Of a stretch of DNA of 64,000 bases, positions 51,233 through 63,844 are shown piece after piece. Within the stretch, counting starts at the first letter, position 1. Every line of letters begins with the position of its first letter. Source of the stretch: Styela clava (taxonomy: Eukaryota); assembly GCF_964204865.1 (NCBI RefSeq), contig NC_135264.1:7068001-7132000 (forward strand). The letters are read 5' to 3'. A program made the position numbers and the translations under genes. A model generated the notes under the pieces. That model did no database searches. It worked only from the letters and a program-made list of their open reading frames with translations, and was not told the DNA's origin.

Positions 51233-53567
51233 CCCCAGGCTATAGGCCATTTGTGACGCTCATCTTCAATGGTGACGTCACGTGGAATTTACTATGACAT
51301 CATAATAAGCATTCCACTTTTCTTTTGAAATATATCATGACGACATATAATAATCTTTTAATTCCGTCATATACAAAATTTTATCTACAGGCAAGATACG
51401 TACTCTATTCACCCAAGGAGAATGATTGCGAGTTGATTGATTTAAAAACATTTTAAGAAACTCAACTGTAATAAAACGTCATGACACCAAAAAACCTGAG
51501 GTCAAAATATTTATTTCTAACCGCGAGAGATAGGGGAGCATGGCCTAGTTGCTGACGAATAAAATTATAATTTTATTAATTGAAATAAAGGGGTATACGA
51601 TAAAAAGACACGACAGTAAAAATATAATATTTCTTAGATTCGTTATTGCTCAGATAAATTAGCATGGCTCTAAATAGATATTTTATTTTAAATAAAGGCT
51701 ACATTACATTAAAAACTGTTCAATTTATCTAAATTAGCATATTTCGTTTTGAAGATTGAAGAGGCAGAATGTTTCAAATCCGGAAAAATACAGTTATTCA
51801 ACCGTATTTGATTTTTTACCTGGTAAACTGTATATATTTTGAACACAAATTTTAAACCGAATAAAAAATTGAACAAATATCAAATAACAATATGTCAATG
51901 ATTATATATATCAATAGCTTGATGAAAAAGTGTATCTTTACCTTACAGTGCATTCAGCTTCGACTGTGTCACTTCGGAAAAGTTTATCGACATTACAGAA
52001 ATCTGATTCAAGTTTGATCCAATGGCAACTAAATTTAACAACGGTTTGATACCGCACCAATGTATACTGACTAACCGTCAATATTTCCGCCTTTTTAAAA
52101 ACGTAGTTTATAAAGAAGAATATAACTGGTTGTCTACCATTATCCTTTCGTCAGACTTTTTTAATTGAGTTAAAGTATTGTTAACCGTGCTGTACACTGG
52201 CATCTCTTGCAGATCTTCAGAGCCAGCAACTTCATTCTCGTTGATGGAGTTACCCTCATTTGCACCCGAAGCAGATCGATATTTAATTAATCTAAAAATT
52301 GAATTTAGAACTGTAGAAATTCATTCCTTGCGATAAAATGATATAGCATTATGTGTGTATATATCGTAGTTTAACAATACCTTACTGTTGTATACATCAA
52401 CAAAACTGTCAAAAACATCCAAGAGCGATCACTAATGTAATGTAGTTAGCTTCTTTTGCTTGGTTAAACCGGTCTTTAGTGCCACCGGGAATGGTCGTTT
52501 CAACATTCGATCCATACCTGCTGTTGTTGAAAGAGCCAGTCTCATAAGTTGGGTTGTCAGCTGCCGTCGTTGTCGCAGCTACACTGACCGTTGTTGAAAC
52601 CGGTGTCCTGGTGGTGGCTAAAATGAAATCGATACTTCGATTTAAACTACATTATGCATTGAAAATTAAATATACATCATAATACTTACTGATGTAATTG
52701 TTACAGTCCACATAGGTGTACTTTATTCGAAAATTGTGTTTACTCTCGTAATACTCTTCTTTGTTTTTGAATGTAAGCTTGGGTGGATATGTAGCGTTCC
52801 CCAACACCCAAATTTTTTGACTGCAAGTTGAAGTTACATTCGATAAAAGTTCACAGGTTTTGTATATTCGTGAAAATATGAAACAAACACCTTGAGTAAA
52901 ATCGCAAATGTTTTGCCCTAAAAATGAGACAGTTCAATATTAATCAACATAACGTTAGGTAAGTTTTTAGGATGTTTGCAGTTGAAACAGATATATATAC
53001 CTTGTAAATCTAGCTCCCCAGTACACCACCAAGTAGTTGACTCATACAAGTATATTAATTCCATTTGTAAAACAATCATATATATCGTTATTTTTGTCAA
53101 TATTTTCGGAGAATGTCCACGCGCAGTTTTTAACTTGGTTTTCCGTTTGCTAATCGTGAGTTGATATATCCAACTTTTTTACTTAGATCATTTGTCACCC
53201 GGCAGTCACCTCGTGTTGGTGAGGAAATATATATATCTGAATGAGGAATCGTTGAATTAATGCTAATTTTTTATATTCTTCATCATATTTCCCCCCGACA
53301 TAAAAGTTTGGTTTTGATCATTTACCTGACCTGTGAACTCCTGAATATCTAATGCTGTACTGTACGAGTATCCCCTAATAGAAACAATGCCTACAGACAA
53401 AACGCCTTCAATTTGAAAGATTGCTACAAGATGTGATTGGGAACTTCTTGCATAGATCAGATTTAAAAACAAACTGTGTTAAACATCCCAATGAACTTGG
53501 GAATTCCATGCGATACAGGCAAGATCCCGTGTTGCCCAGTCGCCTGGTTTAATTTTCTATAAAGTTT

Positions 53568-54262
53568 CGGGTGTCTCCAAAATGTCGTGTCCTACGTGTC
53601 TCACTTTTCCCACGTGTCCTACTTGTTCGACGTGTCCCACTTGTATCACGTGTCCCATTTGTCTCACTAGTTCCACGTGTCCTACGTGTCCCGCTTGTAG
53701 CACGTGTCCCACTCGTTTATTATATATGCACATAACACACGAGATAAACTGCCTGGTTATATTTAGTTTTGATAGATATGTTTGCAATCTTGCTAATTCA
53801 TTGTCGCCGTTAGGAATCCGTATTTTTGACATTTCGCGGAATAGAGAAATCTGTACTCGTAACACCGATCCGCTTTATCGCAATGCTGCCACTCAGCTTA
53901 TTTTTAAGATATACCCGTTATCATCTCACGAAGTAAAATTTATTTTAGTACTATAAAACCTAATTGGATTAATTAATTTATTATCACAATCCGCGTTGCG
54001 TTTACAACTTTGTATAATGTTTCAGTGATTCGATTCGATTTTAGTCATGGTATGGTTTCCAACGCTAACCAACCATAATGTGTGCCTGAGGCGAAACAAT
54101 TGACGATTTTAGCAAAATACACGCGGTATTAGCGACTAGTGGGACACGTGGGAGAAGTGGGACACGGGACAAGTGGGACACCAGGTACTAGTGAAACACG
54201 TGGGACACGGGGAACAAGTGGGACACGTGACACAAGTGGGACACGACATTTTGGAGACACCG
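53568..54262. mobile_element. MITE with 9-bp subterminal tandem repeats (Merlin-like)
   Basis: About 24-bp TIR CG(G)GTGTCTCCAAAATGTCGTGTCC, perfect 8-bp TSD TAAAGTTT, CACGTGTCC/CACTTGTCC arrays in mirror orientation. The paralogous site near 61506 is empty. Confidence 0.88.
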
Positions 54263-55389
54263 TAAAGTTTCCTATATTTGACGTCTTATACCAGCTAGAC
54301 CAGAATAGGCAGTACAGTAGTTTTGATAGCTCAGTATTTTGTTCAGATCTTACTAATGCGAAGCTCATAGACTCCCGAGATATTTCCGTGAACCTCAAGT
54401 CCACCGCCCATCGGTTGGAAACCCATTCAGTTTGTCGGCATGCGCCGGCAACGCTTTCAATTCCTTACTGTATGTATCCGCTGAACAGCGTTTATGAAGG
54501 TTTCCCATCAGTTTCCTTGTTTATTTCCGTAACTATAACCAATCAGCAAGGAGTCAATAATGACGCAACACGTAACAATTGCAATTTCTGCACCCTGCCG
54601 CACAGACACTTCTGTCGCTAAAACAGATATTCAAGCATGGTTGCAAACATTGCCTCGTTTTTGTAGTTTTGAATGATTTTTGTCAGTTTTCAGTTGTATT
54701 TCAAGAAATTTATTGTGAATTAATTAACCTAATTGTCATTATGTTTTCCGCAGAGCTTTACTTTAGTTGCAGTAATCGAAATTGAATCTCGCAAATGCTG
54801 CGATGGACAAAGCTAAACTTAGCTATATGTAGGGTGCTATCGATATGAACCCAAAAATAAAGACATCAGGGAAACATAATAATAGAATAACAAAGAACGA
54901 AATGTAATAAACAAAATGTATTCATGCAGTGGCGTATCTAGGTAAAATGTCGCCCATGGCAAAGGTTTAAAAATGCGCCCCCTACTTCGCTTGTTTCCTT
55001 TTTTCGTTTACATGAAATTGGTTGCTCTCAACTACGCAACATAACAAGCAAATTAATAACTACACAATAAACAATAAGCAGTAGGCGATCGGCAATAACA
55101 AGTTCTTAGAATACTATATATATTTCGTGACGCAAATTTGCCAATGATTTCATCAAAATTTGTTTTTCTTGTTTCACCCCTCTTTATACTTAATATAGCC
55201 AGATCACAAAGGTTTCCTGGCTAATTGAAGATCGAAGGTATGACAGAATTAATTTTAGTTTACTAAACGACCGATCGCAATTTTCTATGGATACTGCCAA
55301 TGTCAGCAAAATTTGCAAAGCTATCCGGAGATTGGGGAGATCCAGAAAAGACTCTTTGACACACACTGTTTTCTCGTCATAGTCTATAT

Positions 55390-55696
55390 CTTACATGGGC
55401 AAACTACGGCCCGCTGGCCAAATCCGGCCCGTTGGCTATTTAAAACTGGCCAGCCTGATGCTTCCACAACCAAACTAAAACCAAATTTTGATGTTTTAGC
55501 TGAAAAATAGCTCGAGGAATTTGTTTAGATTGCGATTAAATTTAGTTTCTGCACGAGGCTAATTGTTTTGCACTTTTGCTTTTGTAATACTGTAAATATT
55601 GTCCATAATATGTAACTTTTTACGTCACACTTACATTTCCCGTCACTATAGGCGGGCAAAATGGTTGGCCCGTGAACCGAAGACCTTGCCCCCCTG
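55390..55696. mobile_element. hAT Charlie-type MITE nested in the transposase remnant
   Basis: Perfect TSD GTCTATAT; degenerate ends (GGGCAAACTACGGCCCG ... TTGCCCCCCTG); subterminal GGCCCG repeats. Confidence 0.82.
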
Positions 55697-56185
55697 GTCT
55701 ATATTAACAGACCTCACAACTTCTGAAACCTGATCTCGATGCGCCTGGTCATGAGTTGAGTCAAATATAAGACCATATGACTTTGCTTTTTTAATTTTTC
55801 CTGTCAAGTTTTTGCGAACATGAGATGCCATAATGTGAATAAATTCGTTTTGAACACCTGGGGAAATGTAAGAGGTTGAATGTGGATGGCTTCCAATGAA
55901 ACCGAGATGCTCTCGCAGCACAGGATCAAAGACGGCAAGGAATTTTATTAAGCCAAGAAAATGACCAACATTTGAATTACTATCTGCTTGAAGTGACTCC
56001 CTGTGCCCTAACAAAGCGAGATTTTGTTCCGCCAGACACTTTATTCCATGCGATATTCATTTAAGAACCCCACTACATTTTTGCCTTTCCTTTTTAATTT
56101 GTACATGGAAATCGGCGTCAATAATTCTTGTTTATTGCTCAAATTTCTTTACACGCTGTAAAACATTCTCTCTCATTGTAAGAAT

Positions 56186-56654
56186 CAGTGGCGTAGCAAG
56201 ACTCTCGTGACCCCCCTAAAAACTCTCGGACATAAGCTGAAACAACGCTTTTTTTATTTCGTCAAAAAGCATAACATGTCGGCAATGGTAACCTAAAATT
56301 TGCCGTTTATCTTGGTTACTTTAATTTTTTCATACGTTCATCCTCTTCTGCCCTTTTTCTGCGTTTCTGTGCGCCACTGAGAGGTTTTGCTTTTGACATC
56401 ATTCTGACAGCCTTTGTAATTTTGCCGGTGCGATCAAACCACAAGACGCCGAAAATCGACGACTCCATGGCATTGTTACGTAACAAAACGATTTGTGCAG
56501 AACTAACATCATCGTTATAAGATGTGCATTACTTGTTTTGCACTGCAGCTTTTGGTTTGCGGCTTAAATTTCTAAATTCTAACCGCTTTGGCCCCTTTGC
56601 GCTGTGGGCCCTCCCGCGACCGCGGGGGTTGCGGGGGTGGATGCTACGCCACTG
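56186..56654 (-). mobile_element. hAT Tip100-type MITE nested in the 54927-56988 element
   Basis: 13-bp TIR CAGTGGCGTAGCA; TSD GTAAGAAT / GTACGAAT; carries a transposase-like N-terminus MSKAKPLSGAQKRRKK on the - strand from 56399. Confidence 0.87.
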
Positions 56655-59482
56655 GTACGAATATTCATAAATTTTCACTCCAGTACGATATCAGAGCTAA
56701 TATGAGGTGCAGTAAGTCCAGTACCGTATCAGTTTCGGCTTATTGATGTTGAATTATGACATCACCGTCAATTGCGCTAAGTGACTGAACAAACTGCTTG
56801 ATCGTTGGAAACTGCAAACTGCATTGACTTTTGTTAAATTTGTTCTGATTTAATTAGAAATACGAGTTTCATTCATTTTCATGTTTTATTGAAAATTATA
56901 CAATTAGAACTTTTCGCGTTTTTTGCGCCCCCGTCCGAACGGCGCTCATGGCACGAGCCATGGCTGCCATACCCTAGATACGCCACTGTATTCATGCTAG
57001 TGCGACCCGTGTCTGATCATACTTTGCAAAAGATTTGCTCCAGCAGTTCTTTATTCTTAGAAACAATCTGTTCCATCTCACTTTTAAGTTGTATTTTGAT
57101 TTAGGTTACACGCAGTGATTTTGGTCGGTAGGCTATTGTTTTGTCACTGTGTCAATTAATTTGCTGTTATTACGTAATGAATGCACGTAGCAATCAATGA
57201 TGTAGTAAAATATCATTTCTAGCAAATCAACCATTCGATTTGACCAATTTAAATGTCTGATATTTGAACCTCTACCCATAAAATAAGGACACATGTTGAA
57301 AAAAGGACGTTTTTTAGAAATAAGGGCAAAATTATTTTCGAAGACAAATACCATCGGAATAAGGACAAATCTTAGAAATGAGGACGTTATGGCAGCCCTG
57401 GCTTTATAGTACCTGCAAGCGGCACATGGTTGATTAATTTTAATGAAAATGATGGTTTCAAACACGTAAACCATTTTACATGCGCCAACGCATCGAAATA
57501 CTTCCAGAATAAGCATGAAGTTTACAATTGTAAAGTATAGGGGTAATTTTCCCGCAGTCAATGGTCGGGGAAACGTCCATACCGCTGGTGCGCTATCAGT
57601 CCTTGTCTCTAGAGATCGCCCTCGCCCGCTATTTCCCACCTCGAATGAAGCGATATGGGCATGTTTTTGTCCGTTTTGCGTGTTACGCCACAAAGAATGT
57701 AGTGCCACATTATAAAATACTCCCATAGCACGTTTCTTGTGTCTTTTTCCTCACGCTAAAAAAGAGCTTTGTCGGTGGTTCGCGGCCATAGTAAAAAACA
57801 GTAAAATGGTACGCGGTCAGTGAAAGGTTGAAAACCACTGAAACGTTTTAAAACAGATTATTACAGCCAATTTAATTCTAAATAAACTCGCTTGAATAAA
57901 ATAGCGTCATTTACAAGTTCGATAAGATTCTTACCTGCAATTAATCCGAGCAAGAGCCAATAACTTTTATTCCACATTTTTATTCTCCCCGATTTCTTTC
58001 ACCTCTAAATTATCATCAACATAGCTTACGTCTCAACACTTCGCACCATTTATACGAGTGAGCTTTTATGATTGTTGATACTTCTGCGTAGCAATTAGTT
58101 CATAAATTCCAAGTGATATTAATTATTAACATGATTTATCATATAATAAAACAAGGAGAAGCTTTTTGTTAACGTTTTCGCGTTGGTGGCAAAATGTGAA
58201 TGTTTATGATACGAGGCAATTTGGATAACTTTTGGCTTTGTTCTGCCAATATCGAACTAAAACAAATTACCTTAAGAAAATTGCTTACGAATACACGATG
58301 TTGGGATGACTTTTAGTTCAGCAATATAAGTCAATAATTTGAAATCACGCGGTCACATTAGGGCTGGTGTCTCTGTTCTAAGCTTGTTGGACTCAACTCA
58401 TAGAATAATTATTCTTGTCCTGCCATATTACTGTCCATGCAAGATTTATGTGTACCGTACAATCAATGCGGGTCATTTTTACCAATGTATAATCTAAGTA
58501 AATTTTAAATGGCGGTATTTTGAATGAACATATCGTAAAATAACATGCCCGTTTAGTTGTTTCCATGGAACGTTCTATTTGACCATTTTTTCAAAAAAAA
58601 AAAAATAACCTCTTTGATAAATCTTGTTTGTGCTTTATATTGAAATAATCTGAAACCGGTTTGACGCTGTTTTGTCGAAAAGCCCATACCACGAGTAAAC
58701 AATAAGCTAAAAGTAAAATGTCCCGCTGAGGACATTCAAATCAGTGACGTACAATTATGAGCTAAATTATTCAAATATATATATATACAAAGTTTTATCA
58801 GACCAAGAATATGTGTAGTGCTGGAGGCCTTCCACATTAGACTAAATATTTTCGAGTTGAATATAATTATATACCTATATATTTTTTGTAAAAATTGAGA
58901 ACAAAAAACGCCTTCATTGAATAATTACGGATTCAAGACACTTTTATTTAAAAAAATAGTATTTAGAAAAATATCATATGTAGCTAGATGTACATTATTA
59001 TTATACAGTATGCACAACGTCCGATACTGCCAATTAACAGTATACAATATTCGTAAAGCTAGAGACCATACATCTAATATTATAAATATTATCCCTCGCG
59101 CGATGATAACAAATGACAGATTCTATTCAATCTGATTTTTGCGAAGTACATTAGTTCTTTTTGATGATGAGTTGTTGTACGGGAGTATCTCTTAACATGC
59201 ATTAATTTGATATTTCGCCAAAGCGCCTTCGTAATATTATATGAATAACGCAATGAAAAGAATTGTATCTTTGGATTAAAGTAGCCTACTTTAAATATTT
59301 AGTTGGATTCGATTGTTGCACTCCGGGAAAGGTATATCTGGAACGACACAAAAATATTTTGATCGATGTTGTTTTAATGAAAATATTATACGTTATTTCA
59401 ACAACCGCTTGATTCCACATTAGGCTACTACGTATTGGCCAATATCCGATCGTAGAAATTCAAGCGTTTTCGAAGAGTTGAT

Positions 59483-61839
59483 TTATGAAGAATATAGATG
59501 GTCCTCTACAACAATCCTTTCGCTTGAATTTTCATATTGATATGAAGTTTCGTATATCGTGCTGTATACTGGCATCACTTGCGGTTCTCCAGTTGCAGCA
59601 GCAACAACTTCGTTCTTTCTGATGATGTGACTTTCAATTGCTTCAGATGCAGATCGATACTTGATTATTCTAAATAAAAATGGAATTTTTTGCTGCCCTG
59701 TTTTTTGTTGGCGTGGTAGTGGTATAACTATATATATATCGTGGTTCAACAATACCTTACTGCTGCATATATCAGAGATACTGATAGAATGACGCAAAAA
59801 CATCCAAGAACAATCACTGATGTAATATAGTTGGCTTCACTTGTCCCGTAACAGTGGTCTTTGGAACCACCCAACGCTGTCGTTTCTAGTTTCGGTTCAT
59901 TAGTTCTGTTGTTGAAAGAATCAGTCCCAGAAATTACGCTGTCCTTTGCCGTCGTTGTCGAAATCGTTGCCCTGGAAGTGTCTGAAAAGAAATGAGTAAA
60001 ATTACGCTACTTCGTTTAAGTTTTTAGCAAATATTGAAGTTTTTTTTTCACAATTTCGAATATGAAAGACGCATTTTTAGTCTTATAGTACAATTGAAAT
60101 TGTTTACAATTAACCTGATTGTTAGAAACGAGAGTAATTTTCCACATAATTTTGCTCAAAGCCCCACTAGTAAACAAAGTTAAATAACAGACACTGACAA
60201 TAGAACTCCAAGCGACCTCAGACATGGTAATTTTTATTTGTATGTTTATCCTTTCGACAGTGATGTCAGTGAATTATCAGAATTTAGAAAGAATTCAATT
60301 TCACACAAGGAAAACAGAAAAGTGGATGGGCAGTCGACGACATTGGATTACTTTTATTAAAAAAGGTTAGCATAGAAACTTTCTTGGCAAATGAACATTG
60401 AGTTTAATTAATAAAAACTTTCATGCGGAAACGACCAAAGAAAGTTCAGATCTTATTTTAGCATTCCGTGAGCGCGAAACAGCGCGCGATATTAACCAAT
60501 GGAGAGCATCTGGAAAGGAACCTACTACAAAAATCATTCAAGAAATAAAACAATCTATACTAGAGTAAAATGTATATTGATATTGAACATACAGTACAAA
60601 TAATATACTTACTATTATAATTATTGCAATCCACATAGGTGTATTTTATTCGAAAATTGTGTTTACTCTCGTAATACTTTCCTTTGTTTTTGAACGTAAG
60701 CTTGGGTGGATATGTAGCGTTTCCCAACACCCAAATTTTTTGAGTGCAAGTTGAAGTTACATTCGATAAAAGTTCACAGGTTTTGTATATTCGTGAAAAT
60801 ATGAAACAAACATCTTGAATGAAATCACAAATGTTTTGCCCTAAAAGTAAGATAGTTTAACATTAATTAGAATACCGTAACGTAAGATTTTAGAATCTTT
60901 GCCATTTAAACAGATATACCTTGTAAATCCAGCTCTCCGGTACACCACCAAGTTGAATAGTATAAGTATATTAATTCCATTCGTTTAATTTGTAAAACAA
61001 TCATATCATTATTCTTGTTAATATTTTCGGGGAATGTCCACACGCACTTTTGAAAGTTTGACCCGCTTGCTGGTGGTGGCGAGTTGATATATCCAACTTT
61101 CTTACTTAAATCATTTGTCACCCGACAGTCACCTCTCGTTGGTGTCGGAATATATATATCTGAATTAGGAATCGTTAAATTAATGTTTATATTTTATATT
61201 CTGCCTCAAGTTGCCCTCACAAAGAAGTTTGATTTTGATGATTTGCCTGATTTGTGAACGCCTTCGAAGAAAACCAGTCAATACTGTACTGCACGAGTGG
61301 CCTTTAATATAGATACAATGCCCACAAACGGAAAATGACTTCAGTTTGTAAGATCTGCCGGAACCTTATTGCATAGATGAGATTCAAGAAGAAACTGTGT
61401 TAAACATTCCCTTGAACTTGATAAACTTGCAAAGTTTAAAGAAAGAAAACCATGCGATACGAGCAAGATCCCGTGTTGCAAAGTGTCCCGGTTTATTTTT
61501 TGTTATAAAGTTTCCTAGATTTGACGTCTGATGGTAGCTAGCAAAGGTCACAGACTCACAGAATATTTCTGTGAACCTCTTGGAGTCCACGTCCATCGGT
61601 AGAAAGCCGACTCAGTTTGTATCGTTTTGCGACTTAAAGAGTACGGTTGTTTTGTCGCGTTGTTAGATGTATCCAACTCGTTTCATAAGCGCCTTTGCGT
61701 TTAAAAATTTCATGGCAGATTATTACAGCCAATTTAATTGTAAATAACCTCGCTTGAATAAAATAGCTCCATTTACAAGTTAGATAAGAAACTTACCTGC
61801 GATTAATCCGAGCAAGAGCCAATAACTTTTATTCTTCAT
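59483..61839 (-). CDS. CUB-like single-pass receptor, copy E (subfamily beta), intact, about 307 aa
   Basis: Exons 61839-61797, 61159-60920, 60840-60613, 59981-59756, 59669-59483 (924 nt, open). MKNKSYWLLLGLIA, GYINSPPP...KCVWTF, TM YITSVIVLGCFCVILSVSLIYAAV, tail PVYSTIYETSYQYENS...EDHLYSS. Confidence 0.88.
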
Positions 61840-63844
61840 TTCTATCTAGTTCTATTTTAGCTCCTGTTCTTATCACTCTGTTATTCATTGCTTCAAAAAA
61901 CAAAGAGCAAAGTCCGTTGTGTTCAGCACTAAATGCGTTCGATATAATGATCATAGCATTTATCCTTATCATCTTAACACTTCCCACCATCTTACGAGTG
62001 GGCATCTAAGAATGTTGATACTTCCGCATAGTTATTAATTCATAAGTTCCAAGTGATATAAACTTGATTCATCATGTAAATAGATGAGAAGCATTTTGCC
62101 AACGTTGTCGCGTTCGTGAGTAAATTTGAATGTTTATGATATGAAACAATTGGGATTACTTTTGGCTTAAAGTTTTTTTTTGCCAATTTCGAATCTGCAC
62201 TGACAAAAATTAACTTGAGAGAAATGCTTACGAATACACGACCTCTAAGGGACTTTTAGTTCGGTAATAGAATTCAATAATTTAAAATCACGCAGTCACA
62301 TTGAGGATGGTGTCTCTGTCTAAGCTTGTTAGACTCAATTCCTAGAATAATTATGCCTAAACTGTCGATAAAAGATTTATGTTTACCGTACAAACAATTG
62401 TACTGATGTATAATGTGAATAAATTCTGAATGACGGTATAGTGTATCCTCAAATATCATGTATGTTTATTGTTTAGTTACTCCAAGAAACTTTCAAATTT
62501 GAGTGATTTTCAAACAAAACCTCTTCAGCAAATCTGGTTCATGAGCGTTGTATGTTACCGATGCATTCTGCATCAACCTGACATTCGTCAGAGCGTCACC
62601 GTTCTACCTTAGGTTCTCAATTTGAATGATTTTTTATGTTGTAACTCGACTTGTACAATTATTGACTGTGGGCAACAACTTACCAAGCTAACGATAGAAC
62701 GATAGATGAGGCATTAATATATTCCCGATTTCCTAACACACACTTAACCATACGACTTAATTGTTGCTATCACACATAGACAGCCCAATGTGATTGGAAT
62801 GATTCAGCGCCTTGACGGAGTCGCTTTTCAATGATAAATAGATAGATACCACTGACACATCTACACTCACGCTTTGTCTTGAAACTGTGTATGTCTAATG
62901 CAGACTGTCTATCACGAGCCCTAACATGGTGAAAATATATTGATCGAGCTTATCACGATTCACGGGTGCAAATTGTTGTTATTGTGGAACTATGGATCCA
63001 TTTGTTATTAAGTTGTTCTTGTTCTTAATTATAAAAATTTTCTTCCTATCGCTGTAGTAATATGAAGCAAACTCCAATGGTGAAATTGCAAATGTTTTTT
63101 ATCTGAATTTGTAAGAAAATTCCGAAAAAAGTCATATTTCTAGTTGTATTTAATTTGTAATGTATATTCGAGCTAAGGCAATATTAATATTAGGCTTAAT
63201 GCATTTTGTATATATTATTTCAATTAAACTATTTAGAGCAGCTGATTATACATTCTGTAATGCATTTGTTTTGAGACACTTCCTAAATTTCAAATGTAGG
63301 CTATTCGAAATGATGAATTATTCAGTATTGACCATCCCTGTGCTCATGCTTATCATCAAATAATAATAATAAAACATAGATCGATAGGAAAGCGTAGGTG
63401 TCTACTCAAATACATCCTCTAATCCAAGTGTATCGAGATAATTCTTTATCCGTCTGCATAGCAAAATCACGTTTATTAGAAGACTTATTATAGTTTGACA
63501 GTATTTAGCAATCCATATTGAAGTAAACTATATTAAACGGATTTCCAATTTGGAATAAGTTCATGGATCGCGTGTCGAGTGACAATATTCGCGTTGTATA
63601 TTTTTTCTTCACATTGGGAGCAATTATTGGTCAATTTTGTTTATTAGGTTGATACAATTTTCTTAACCGCACATCGAAAATTCAAATGCTTGAATTAGAG
63701 ATCTATTTTGTCAATGCAAAACGAAATCCTTGAAGTCGCTTTCCCGTTGCATATGTACATACTTAGAAAAATTTGTAAAAATGGGCAGAAATTTAAAACA
63801 ATAATTCCATTTCAGAAGCATCGTTCAAAAGTCAATATATCACA

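Larger units (their letters stand above)
54927..56988 (-). mobile_element. Internally deleted hAT (Tip100/ZMYM1-like) transposon with transposase remnants
   Basis: Perfect 16-bp TIR CAGTGGCGTATCTAGG and TSD TATTCATG. The - strand encodes LGHRES...NVGHFLGLIKFLAVFDPVLREHL...YISPGVQNEFI...FDSTHDQAHRDQVS (56014-55700) and LAVSIENCDRSFSKLKLILSYLRSSISQE (about 55305-55215, hAT dimerisation region). Confidence 0.93.
54436..57840. mobile_element. Outer one-ended hAT-like insertion hosting the nested elements
   Basis: Homology to the copy E intron stops at about 54435 and resumes at about 57850. The right end AAAGGTTGAAAACCACTG is a Charlie-type TIR; no matching left TIR found. Confidence 0.55.
52108..57977 (-). 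pseudogene. CUB-like receptor, copy D (subfamily beta); multiple frameshifts; intron 1 expanded to about 4.7 kb by transposons
   Basis: Exons 57977-57935, 53236-53001 (236 nt; +1 near 53140 gives TAA, +4 near 53080, 9-nt deletion), 52917-52690, 52617-52381 (10-nt deletion gives TGA inside the TM), 52291-52108. Confidence 0.83.

Noticed and set aside
53582-53956. Cys-rich CPTC ORF resembling a metallothionein (also the GH- and GT-rich ORFs at 53557-54621)
   Set aside because: Translations of the 9-bp subterminal repeats of a MITE with TIRs and TSD.
57133-57726. 197-aa ORF, the longest in the track
   Set aside because: Lies inside the outer transposon insertion, has no recognisable motif and is absent from paralogous introns.
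30634-59669. Canonical ITAM or ITIM in receptor tails
   Set aside because: Tyrosine spacing (over 20 residues) is too long for an ITAM and Y-2 is Pro, Gln, Glu or His, so they are reported only as ITIM-like and NxLY motifs.
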